Positions 52,115 through 63,026 of a DNA stretch of 64,000 bases are shown piece after piece. Every line of letters starts with the position of its first letter. Positions within the stretch are counted from its first letter, which is position 1. This stretch comes from Rubellimicrobium sp. (lineage in GTDB: Bacteria; Pseudomonadota; Alphaproteobacteria; Rhodobacterales; Rhodobacteraceae): assembly GCA_019454835.1 (NCBI GenBank), contig JACFNP010000008.1, forward strand, positions 3,778-67,777, given 5' to 3'. The notes below the pieces were generated by a model. It was not told the origin of the DNA, did not search any database, and worked only from the letters and a program-made list of their open reading frames with translations. The translations under genes and the position numbers were made by a program.

Positions 52115-53277
52115 CCGACACCGCCGCCCCGCGCGGGGTCATGCCTGCGTCGATGATCTCGGCCGCCGTGGTCGCGGCCTTCGTGGGCTACGGCTCCACC
52201 ATCGCGCTGGTGCTGGCCGCCGCGCAGGCGGTGGGGGCAAGCGCCGCGCAGACCGCAAGCTGGGTGCTGGCGGTCTGCTTCGCCAAGGCCATCGGCACCA
52301 TCGGCCTCAGCCTCTGGGCGCGCATCCCCGTGATCCTGGCCTGGTCCACCCCCGGCGCGGCGCTAATCGCGGCGACGACCGGCATTCGCATGGAGGAAGC
52401 GGTCGGCGCCTTCATCCTTGCCGCCGCGCTGATCGTGCTGACCGGGCTGATCCGCCCGCTTGCCCGGCTGATCGCCCGCATCCCCGACGGGGTGGCGGCG
52501 GGGATGCTGGCCGGGGTGCTGCTGCCCTTCGTGCTGGCGCTGGCCCCGGCGGCACTGGCGCAACCGGCCTCGGTGCTGCCGATGGTGCTGGTGTTTCTGG
52601 CCTTGCGCCGGGTGAACCCGTCCTATGCGGTGCTGGCGGCGCTGGCGCTGGGCGTGGCGCTGGCGTTCCTGACCGGCGCCGCCGCCCCCGTCGAGGGCGC
52701 CTTCGCCGCGCCACATCCGGTCTTCATCCGGCCCGAGTTTTCGGCCAGCGCGCTGATCGGGCTGGGCGTGCCGCTCTATCTCGTCACCATGGCCTCGCAG
52801 AACCTGCCCGGCTTTGCCACCCTGCGCGCCGCAGGCTACACGCCGCCGGTGGCGCCCGCGCTGACCGTCAGCGGTGCGCTGTCCGCCGTGGCGGCGTTTT
52901 TCGGCGCGCATACCGTGAACATGGCCGCGATCACGGCGGCGATCTGCCTGGGCGACGACGTGCACCCCGACCGCGCGCAGCGCTGGCGGGTGGGCTTTGC
53001 CTATGGCGCCACCTGGATCGCGCTGGGCCTGTCGGGGCCGCTGGTCGTGGCGCTGATGGCGGCGCTGCCGGGGTCGCTGATGGATGCGCTGGTCGGTATC
53101 GCGCTGCTGGGGCCGATCACCGGCGCATTGACCGCGACGATGGGGCACACCGGGTCGCGCTTTGCCGCCATCGTCACGATGATCGTCACCGCCTCGGGCG
53201 TGACGGTGCTGGGCATCGGCGCGGCCTTCTGGGGGCTGGTGGCGGGGCTGGCGACGCTGGCGTTCGAGCGGCGCTAA
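52111..53277 (+). CDS. benE: BenE-family (benzoate/H+ symporter type) membrane transporter
   Basis: ATGA overlap with the tusA-like gene. VGYGSTIALVLAAAQAVGAS...AWSTPGAALIAAT is typical of BenE. Confidence 0.8.
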   Translation: MTDTAAPRGVMPASMISAAVVAAFVGYGSTIALVLAAAQAVGASAAQTASWVLAVCFAKAIGTIGLSLWARIPVILAWSTPGAALIAATTGIRMEEAVGAFILAAALIVLTGLIRPLARLIARIPDGVAAGMLAGVLLPFVLALAPAALAQPASVLPMVLVFLALRRVNPSYAVLAALALGVALAFLTGAAAPVEGAFAAPHPVFIRPEFSASALIGLGVPLYLVTMASQNLPGFATLRAAGYTPPVAPALTVSGALSAVAAFFGAHTVNMAAITAAICLGDDVHPDRAQRWRVGFAYGATWIALGLSGPLVVALMAALPGSLMDALVGIALLGPITGALTATMGHTGSRFAAIVTMIVTASGVTVLGIGAAFWGLVAGLATLAFERR

Positions 53278-55583
53278 AAGGGCACGTCCCCCGCCTGCGC
53301 GCCCGCGACCAGATAGGTTGCGATCACCTTCTTCTCGCCCGCATGGTCGAAGGTGACATCGCATTTGTTGCCCTCAACCGCGCCGACGGTGCCGTAGCCG
53401 TATTTCTGGTGGAACACCCGCGCGCCCGTGGCGAAGGCAGGTTCCTCGTCGCGCTTTGCGGGCCGCACCGGCGCCTGCGGATGGATGCCGCGCGATTGCA
53501 GCCGCTTCCAGCCGGGCGAGTTGTAGACATCGGCACCGGCGGCGCGTTCCTCGACCACCGAGGCCGAGGGCGCGGCAGACGCCGCTGCCCGTCCGCCATA
53601 AAGGCCCGGCGGGGTCAGCACCTCGACATGCTCGGGCGGCAGCTCGTCGATGAAGCGCGACGGCAGCGCCGCCTGCCACTGGCCCCAGATGCGGCGGTTG
53701 CCTGCAAAGGAAATGACGCAGAACCGTTCGGCCCGCGTGATGCCGACATAGGCGAGCCGCCGCTCTTCCTCGAGACCGCCCGCATCCATGCTGCGCTGCG
53801 AGGGAAACAGCCCGTCCTCCCAGCCCGGCAGGAACACGGCGGGAAATTCGAGGCCCTTGGCCGCATGCAGCGTCATCAGCGTGACCCGTTCGCCGCCCTG
53901 CCCCGAATCGTTGTCCATGATCAGCGCGACATGTTCGAGAAAGCCCTGCAGGTTGTCGAATTCCTCGAGCGCCTTCACCAGTTCCTTGAGGTTCTCCAGC
54001 CGCCCCTCGGCCTCGGGCGAGCGGTCGGCCTGCCACATCGCCGTGTAGCCCGAGTCGTCGAGGATCACCTGCGCCAGTTCGACATGATTCGCGCCCGCCA
54101 GCACCGCATCATGCCAGCGCGCGATGCCGTCCAGAAACGCCCGCAGCCCCGCAGCGCCCTTGCCCGCGACCTTGCGCCCGGCCAGCGCCGCCTCGGCCCC
54201 GCCCGCCAGCGACAGCCCGTGCGCGCGGGCGGTGGACTGGATCGTCTGCAACGCCTTTTCGCCCAAGCCCCGGCGCGGCAGGTTCACCACCCGCTCGAAG
54301 GCCAGATCGTCGCCGGGGCTGACCGCAAGCCGGAAATAGGCCATGGCGTCGCGGATTTCCTGCCGCTCGTAAAAGCGCGGCCCGCCGATGACGCGATAGG
54401 GCAGGCCGATGGCCAGAAAGCGGTCCTCGAAGGCGCGCATCTGGTGGCCCGCGCGCACCAGAATCGCGATCTGGTCCAGCCCGAAGGGGTCCATCCCCCG
54501 CGTGCCGCGTTGCAGCGACTCGATCTCCTCGCCGATCCAGCGGGCTTCTTCCTCGCCGTCCCAGTGGCCGATGAGGCGGACCTTCTCGCCCTCCTCCAGC
54601 TCGGTCCACAGCGTCTTGCCCAGCCGCCCCCGGTTGGCCGCGATCACCCCCGAGGCGGCGGCAAGGATATGCGGGGTCGAGCGGTAGTTCTGTTCGAGGC
54701 GGATCACCCTGGCGCCGGGAAAATCCTTCTCGAACCGCAGGATGTTGCCGACCTCGGCGCCGCGCCAGCCATAGATCGACTGATCGTCGTCGCCCACGCA
54801 GCAGATGTTGTGATGCGCCTGCGCCAGCAGCCGCAGCCACAGATACTGCGCAACATTGGTGTCCTGATATTCATCGACAAGGATGTAGCGGAACCGCCGC
54901 TGCCATTCGGCCAGCACGTCCTCATGCGTGCGGAAGATCGTCAGGCAATGCAGCAGCAGGTCGCCGAAATCGCAGCAGTTCAGTTCCCGGAGCCGCTGTT
55001 GATACGCCGCATAAAGTGCGGGCGCCCGGCCCTCGAATTCGGCACCCTCGGCGCCGGGCACCCGGTCGGGGGTCAGCGCGCGGTTCTTCCAGCCGTCGAT
55101 GATCTGCGCCAGCAGCCGCGCGGGCAGGCGCTTTTCGTCGATACCTGCGGCGATGATGACCTGCTTCATCAGGCGAAGCTGGTCGTCGGTATCGAGGATC
55201 GTGAAGCCCGATTTCAGCCCGGCCAGTTCGGCATGGCGGCGCAGGATCTTGACGCCGATGGCATGGAAGGTGCCCAGCCACGGCATCCCCTCGCCCACCT
55301 CGCCCAGAAGGCGGGCCACCCGGTCGCGCATCTCGCGGGCGGCCCTGTTGGTGAAGGTGACGGCCAGAATTTCATGCGGCCGCGCCCGGCCCAGCGCGAT
55401 GATCTGCGCGATCCGCGCGGTCAGCGCCCGCGTCTTGCCGGTGCCCGCGCCCGCGAGCATCAGCACCGGCCCCTCGACAGCCTCGACCGCCTGGCGCTGC
55501 GCGGGGTTGAGATCGGCAAGCCACGGCGCCGCCACGGGGCGGGCGGCGGCACGGGTCGAAAGCGGGATGGCGGTATCGGTCAT
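53274..55583 (-). CDS. uvrD: ATP-dependent DNA helicase, UvrD/Rep/PcrA family
   Basis: 769 aa with Walker A AGAGTGKT and SF1 helicase motifs. Confidence 0.9.
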   Translation of the reverse strand: MTDTAIPLSTRAAARPVAAPWLADLNPAQRQAVEAVEGPVLMLAGAGTGKTRALTARIAQIIALGRARPHEILAVTFTNRAAREMRDRVARLLGEVGEGMPWLGTFHAIGVKILRRHAELAGLKSGFTILDTDDQLRLMKQVIIAAGIDEKRLPARLLAQIIDGWKNRALTPDRVPGAEGAEFEGRAPALYAAYQQRLRELNCCDFGDLLLHCLTIFRTHEDVLAEWQRRFRYILVDEYQDTNVAQYLWLRLLAQAHHNICCVGDDDQSIYGWRGAEVGNILRFEKDFPGARVIRLEQNYRSTPHILAAASGVIAANRGRLGKTLWTELEEGEKVRLIGHWDGEEEARWIGEEIESLQRGTRGMDPFGLDQIAILVRAGHQMRAFEDRFLAIGLPYRVIGGPRFYERQEIRDAMAYFRLAVSPGDDLAFERVVNLPRRGLGEKALQTIQSTARAHGLSLAGGAEAALAGRKVAGKGAAGLRAFLDGIARWHDAVLAGANHVELAQVILDDSGYTAMWQADRSPEAEGRLENLKELVKALEEFDNLQGFLEHVALIMDNDSGQGGERVTLMTLHAAKGLEFPAVFLPGWEDGLFPSQRSMDAGGLEEERRLAYVGITRAERFCVISFAGNRRIWGQWQAALPSRFIDELPPEHVEVLTPPGLYGGRAAASAAPSASVVEERAAGADVYNSPGWKRLQSRGIHPQAPVRPAKRDEEPAFATGARVFHQKYGYGTVGAVEGNKCDVTFDHAGEKKVIATYLVAGAQAGDVPF

Positions 55584-55700
55584 GCGCCCAGACTAGCGGT
55601 TCGCGCCGGGGCGCGGAAGGGGCTGTTCTGCCATTGTTCGCATCAGGGTCAAACTTCGTTAACCTGTGGTGCCGCGCGTCGTGCCGGGGTGAGCGGGTTC

Positions 55701-55787
55701 GTCATTGCGAGCCGCAAGGCGAAGCAACCCCGACCGCTCGCACGCGACATCGCGGTTTCTTCGTCGCCTGCGCCGCCTCGCAATGAA
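55701..55787 (+). repeat. element copy 19 (A loop, F, degenerate right terminus CAATGAA)
   Basis: Nested within a perfect 16-bp outer inverted repeat (55685-55700 / 55788-55803). Confidence 0.85.
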
Positions 55788-55890
55788 GAACCCGCTCACC
55801 CCGCGCATCGTGCAAGACCATTGCCCCCGGCGCCAATCGCCCTATCTTCGCTGCATCTGCACGATACCGTCTTGCCCGGAAAGGCACCCG

Positions 55891-58449
<2,559 letters not shown>

Positions 58450-58465
58450 CCCGCACACAAACCCC

Positions 58466-58552
58466 GTCACCCGCGAGGCGAAGCCGAAGCAACCCCGACC
58501 GCTCATACACGACATCGGGGTTGCTTCGTCGGCTTCGCCTCCTCGCAATGAC
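58466..58552 (+). repeat. element copy 20 (A loop, F; left terminus variant GTCACCCGCGAGG)
   Basis: Read directly from the sequence. Confidence 0.9.
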
Positions 58553-58585
58553 GGAAGATGCCGCCGCGCCGCCCCCTTTTCCGCC

Positions 58586-58669
58586 GTCATTGCGAACGCA
58601 GTGAAGCAACCCCGACCGCTCGCTCAACACCCTCGGGTTGCTTCGTCGGCTGCGCCGCCTCGCAATGAC
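58586..58669 (+). repeat. element copy 21 (A-like loop, F)
   Basis: GTCATTGCGAACGCAGTGAAGCAACCCCGACCGCTCGCTCAACACCCTCGGG... Confidence 0.9.
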
Positions 58670-58785
58670 GGGATATGCCGCCCGCCCGATCACCCCGCCC
58701 CGCCACCGTGCCCCTTGAAACCGGCGCCGCGCTCGTCGACAGTTGTGCCAGCCTGCCGCCGCATCACCACAACGGACGGACCATC

Positions 58786-59523
58786 ATGCCGATCTACAAG
58801 GTCAGACCGCACGCCGAATCCTACGGCCACGACATCGGCATCCTGCTGATCGACTGCCGGACACCCTTCATCCCCGGCGATGTCGGCAACGCCACCTCCT
58901 ACCGCTATCCGGTCCTTTACCGGACGGTTCCCGACGTGACGCTCGACCGGCTCATCAACCGGGGCGACCTGTCGCTGACCGGGAACGTGCTGGCCACGGC
59001 GCGCGGACTGGAGGCCGTCGGGGTCCGCGCCATCACCAGCGACTGTGGCTACATGCTGCATTTCCAGAAGCAGGTCGCGGCGGCGGTGTCGATTCCGGTC
59101 ATGCTCTCGCCGCTGCTGCAACTGCCCTTCGTCGAATCCCTGCTGGGCGATGATGCGGCCATCGGGATCATCTGCGCCAACCGGCAGCGCCTGACGCCGG
59201 ACCTGCTGGCCATCGCGCTGCCGAACCCGCGCCTGCCGGTCCATGTCGCCGGGCTGGAAACCTGCCCGAACTTTCGCGGGCCGATCCTCGACGAAACCGA
59301 CACGCTCGACAGCGACGCCATCGAGGCCGAGGTCGTCGCCGCCGCAAGCCAACTGTGCGACGCCCACCCCGCCATCGGCGCCATCGTCATGGAATGCTCG
59401 AACCTGCCGCCCTACGCCCATGCGGTGCAGGCCGCGACCGGCAGGCCGGTGTTCGACTTCCTGACCATGATCGACCACGTCCGCGCCGCGACACGGCGCA
59501 GGCGCTATGCGGGGCATTACTGA
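58786..59523 (+). CDS. Asp/Glu/hydantoin-racemase-like family protein
   Basis: 245 aa from MPIYKVRPH. Two Cys-containing half-site motifs (ITSDCGYM, VMECSNLPPY) resemble this fold. Confidence 0.5.
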   Translation: MPIYKVRPHAESYGHDIGILLIDCRTPFIPGDVGNATSYRYPVLYRTVPDVTLDRLINRGDLSLTGNVLATARGLEAVGVRAITSDCGYMLHFQKQVAAAVSIPVMLSPLLQLPFVESLLGDDAAIGIICANRQRLTPDLLAIALPNPRLPVHVAGLETCPNFRGPILDETDTLDSDAIEAEVVAAASQLCDAHPAIGAIVMECSNLPPYAHAVQAATGRPVFDFLTMIDHVRAATRRRRYAGHY

Positions 59524-59537
59524 AGCCCGCAAATTCC

Positions 59538-59623
59538 GTCATTGCGAGGCGCAAGCCGAAGCAACCCCGACCACTCACATACAACATCGGGGTTGCTTCG
59601 TCGGCTTCGCCTCCTCGCAATGA
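59538..59623 (+). repeat. element copy 22 (A loop, F)
   Basis: Full termini. Confidence 0.9.
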
Positions 59624-59634
59624 CGGCAGTTCCC

Positions 59635-59721
59635 GTCATTGCGAGGCGGAGCCGAAGCAACCTCGACCGCTCGCGCAAAGCCTTCGGGGTTGCCGCGTCG
59701 GCTTCGGCTCCTCGCAATGAC
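59635..59721 (+). repeat. element copy 23 (A-like loop, F, B-type right arm)
   Basis: Full termini. Confidence 0.9.
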
Positions 59722-59774
59722 GGGATATGCCGCGCGCCCCGCCACACCACCTTGCGCGACGCGGCGCAGGTGTT

Positions 59775-60293
59775 ATGCCTGAGGCCATGCAACGGACTCG
59801 GGCCATAGCGGCCATTGCCAACCGCGACGGGCTGGATTCGCAGGCCCTTCTCGAAGCCGCCGCCGAAGGCTGGCATGCGGCGGGGCTGGTCGTGGCGGGG
59901 CTTGTGGCCGAAAACAACCTGACCGACGGCGAATGCAGCGCTTCCTTCCTGCGCGACATCACCTCAGGGCGGCGGTTCTCGATCCAGCTTGACGCCGCGC
60001 CCGAAGGCACCACCTGCCACCTCGACGCCGCCGGGCTGGACGTGGCCTGCGCCGACCTGCTGCCGCGCCTTGCGGGCGCCGATGTCGTGATCCTCAGCAA
60101 GTTCGGCAAGACCGAGGCCGCAGGCGGCGGGCTGCGCGCCGCCTTCGCGGGCGCCGTCGCCTCGGGCGTGCCGCTGCTGACGACGGTATCGCCCAAGCAT
60201 GTCGAGGCATGGGCGGCCTTCGCGCAGGGCACGACCTGGCTGGAACCCGACCTGCCGTCGATCCTGCGCTGGCGCGACAGCGCCACGGCCTGA
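59775..60293 (+). CDS. DUF2478 (THEP1-like NTPase-related) protein
   Basis: VVILSKFGKTEAAGGGLR...GVPLLTTV pattern. Start uncertain (59775 or 59787). Confidence 0.5.
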   Translation: MPEAMQRTRAIAAIANRDGLDSQALLEAAAEGWHAAGLVVAGLVAENNLTDGECSASFLRDITSGRRFSIQLDAAPEGTTCHLDAAGLDVACADLLPRLAGADVVILSKFGKTEAAGGGLRAAFAGAVASGVPLLTTVSPKHVEAWAAFAQGTTWLEPDLPSILRWRDSATA

Positions 60294-60321
60294 GCTTTTC
60301 GCGGCCAGACGGGACATTCAG

Positions 60322-60347
60322 CGCCCGCGACAATGCGAAAAAACAAA
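60322..60347 (+). other. conserved 26-nt motif, copy B
   Basis: CGCCCGCGACAATGCGAAAAAACAAA. Similarity extends to about 30/35 over 60314-60348. Confidence 0.8.
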
Positions 60348-60389
60348 AGGCTGCGGCACGACTTGCGACTCCGAAGGATCGCACCTGCG

Positions 60390-63026
60390 TCAGACTGGCT
60401 CGATCCGCGCCTCGATCCGCGCGCCGCCCAGCGCGGCAAAGGCCCGCTGGCGGCAGGTGAACACGATGATCTGCTGGTCCTGCGCGACGCGGTGCAGCGC
60501 GGTGAACATCGCCTCGATGCGGTCGTCGTCGCTGTGGACCAGCGCATCGTCAAGGATCACCGGCACCGGCCGCCCGGTGCGCGCGAACAGCCGGGCAAAG
60601 GCCAGCCGGGTCAGCACCGCGATCTGCTCGCGCGTGCCGCCCGACAGGATGTCGAGCGCCTCGTCCTGGCCGTCGCGGGTCAGCACCGAGGGCAGCAGGC
60701 TGGCATCGTCGATGCGCAGGCTCGCGCCGGGGTGGATGATCGACAGCAGCGGTTCCAGTTCATGCAGGACGGGGCCGAAATAGGCCTCGCGCGCCGCGTG
60801 GCGGGCCTGATCCAGCGCGTCGCGCAGCCGTGACAGCGCCGCGACCTCGCGTTCGTAGCGCGCGGCGCGCTCCAGCGCGGTCGCCTCGCGGCCGCGCAAT
60901 TCGTCCAGCGCCTCCTCGATCCCCTCGTCGGCCAGCCCGCCGATCAGGCCGTTCGCTTGTGCCAGCGCCATGCCAAGACGCTCGCGGTCGCGCGCGCGGC
61001 CATCGACCACCGCGCGCAGCCGTTGCGCGGCGGCGCGGGCGGTGGCGATGTCGGGGGCATTCGCCCTGAGCGCCTGCAAGGCGGTCTCGGCCCCGGCCAC
61101 GCCCGCATCGAGGCCGGGCTGCGCCTGCGCCAGCACCATGATCCGGGCGCGCAGATCGACCGGATCGCCCGCCTCGGCGCGCGCGGCATCGGCCGCCTGC
61201 CGCGCGGCCTGTGCGGCGGCCTGCCGGGCGGCATGGGTCTCGCGCAGGGTGGCATGGCGGCCCTCGGCCTCGCGCAGGGCGGCCATGGCCTGCGCCTCGG
61301 CCTCGCGCGCGGCGCGCAATGCCGCCTCAAGGCCGTCGATGTCCTCGGGCGGGGTGTCGGCGGCCTCGCCCGCCTCGGCCAGCGCGGCGGCATGACGGGC
61401 GCGCAGCGCATCCAGCCCGTCGGGCGCGAGTTCCTGCAACAGCGCCCCGGCCTGCGCGATGGCGGCGTCCAGACGCTGCGCCTCGGCCAGGGCGGCGCGG
61501 GCTGCCGGCAGGTCGCGCACCCCGCAGGCGGCAAGGGCGCGTTCGCGCACCGCCCGCGCCTTGGCAAGTCTGGCCTCGATGTCGTCGCCGCCGGTCACGC
61601 CCGGCTCGATGAACATCCGGCCGATGCCCGGCAGGTCCAGCCGGGTGGCGCCGCGCAGCCGCATCCCTTCGGCGCCGACGGCACGGCCGTCATGCAGCAC
61701 CCGCGCGGCGCCGTCATAGTCGATCCGCAGCGACACCAGCCGCGCCTCGGCGCGCATATTCAACTGGTCGCAGGCGGCCTGCGCCTTCTCGGCCTGCTCG
61801 ACGCGCTCGGGCGTCACCTGCAACACGGCGCGGGCGGCGCGGTGATCCTCGATCCGGTCGCGCTGGCGCGTGGCGCGGCCAAGTTCGCCCGCCAGCGACG
61901 CCGCACGATCACGCGCCGCAAGGGCAAGGCGCAGGCGCTGGGCAACCTCCAGCCGCCCGGCCAGAGCGGCGGCGGCATCGCGCGCGGCATCGTGGCGCGC
62001 GGCGGCCCCGGCCTCGGCCTGCGCGCTGTCGGCAAGCAGCGCGGCCACCTGCGCCAGGTCGGCGGCAGCGGCATCACGCGCGACCTCGGCTCCGGTCAGC
62101 CGTGACTGCAACCCGGTCAGGCGGTCGATGCCGTCCTTGCCCTGCGACGCGGTCAGCCGCGCAAGGCTCAGGCCCGCCTCGGCCTTGCGGATATCCTCGC
62201 CATGCGCCTCGCCGGCCTTCAGCGCGGCTTCGGCAGCCGCCAGCGCCGCCTCGTCGCGCGCGCTGGCCGCGACATCGGCCACCTGCGCAAGATCGCGCTG
62301 GATGCGCGCGCGTTCGGCAAGCTGGCCCGACAGCCGCGCGGCCTTGTCTTCAAGTTCGGCGCGTTTCGCCGCCAGCGCCGCCGCCTCGTCCACGGCCCGC
62401 GCCCATTCGCCGCCGGATTTCGGGCGCCCGGTGCCGGTGGCCAGCGCCACCAGCGCATCGCGGACGCGGGCGGCGATCTGGTCCATGCGCCGCCCGCCGG
62501 TCATCAGCTCGATCTCGCCCGCAACCGAGGACAGCAGGTCGCGCCGCGCCGCCAGCCCCTGTTCACGGTCGTTGCGGTCCGCAGCCCCGGCGCCTTCGGG
62601 TTCCATGCCGGTCAGGCCCTGCCGCACCCAGAGCAGCCCCGACGGCCCGGCCAGCCCCCGCCCCATGAGCCGCTCGATCCAGGCCTCGGCCTCGTCCTCC
62701 TGCGCGACGGGGCGGCCTGCGGCATCGAGCACCCGTGCAATGGCGCGCGACAGCCAGCGCTTTTCAAGACGGAAGCGGCCCTCGGGCAGGTCGATTTCCA
62801 CCGCCGCCTCGGGCGCACCGCCCGCCAGCGGCCGCAACGCCTTGATCTGCGCGGTCTGGCTGCGATGCGGCGCGAAGAACAGCGCGTGCAGCCCGTCGAA
62901 GAAGGTCGACTTGCCGTATTCGTTCGGCTGCGCAAGGACCGAGATGCCGTCGCCGATCCCCTCGATCCGGGCGCGCTGCCCGGCAAAGCGGCGCAGGTTG
63001 GTCAGCTCGACGGCGCGGATTCTCAT
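60390..63026 (-). CDS. SbcC/Rad50-like AAA ATPase with long coiled-coil
   Basis: N-terminal Walker A NEYGKST, about 600 aa of Ala/Glu/Arg-rich coiled-coil, C-terminal SGGT signature and Walker B VILDDAL. Confidence 0.75.
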   Translation of the reverse strand: MRIRAVELTNLRRFAGQRARIEGIGDGISVLAQPNEYGKSTFFDGLHALFFAPHRSQTAQIKALRPLAGGAPEAAVEIDLPEGRFRLEKRWLSRAIARVLDAAGRPVAQEDEAEAWIERLMGRGLAGPSGLLWVRQGLTGMEPEGAGAADRNDREQGLAARRDLLSSVAGEIELMTGGRRMDQIAARVRDALVALATGTGRPKSGGEWARAVDEAAALAAKRAELEDKAARLSGQLAERARIQRDLAQVADVAASARDEAALAAAEAALKAGEAHGEDIRKAEAGLSLARLTASQGKDGIDRLTGLQSRLTGAEVARDAAAADLAQVAALLADSAQAEAGAAARHDAARDAAAALAGRLEVAQRLRLALAARDRAASLAGELGRATRQRDRIEDHRAARAVLQVTPERVEQAEKAQAACDQLNMRAEARLVSLRIDYDGAARVLHDGRAVGAEGMRLRGATRLDLPGIGRMFIEPGVTGGDDIEARLAKARAVRERALAACGVRDLPAARAALAEAQRLDAAIAQAGALLQELAPDGLDALRARHAAALAEAGEAADTPPEDIDGLEAALRAAREAEAQAMAALREAEGRHATLRETHAARQAAAQAARQAADAARAEAGDPVDLRARIMVLAQAQPGLDAGVAGAETALQALRANAPDIATARAAAQRLRAVVDGRARDRERLGMALAQANGLIGGLADEGIEEALDELRGREATALERAARYEREVAALSRLRDALDQARHAAREAYFGPVLHELEPLLSIIHPGASLRIDDASLLPSVLTRDGQDEALDILSGGTREQIAVLTRLAFARLFARTGRPVPVILDDALVHSDDDRIEAMFTALHRVAQDQQIIVFTCRQRAFAALGGARIEARIEPV

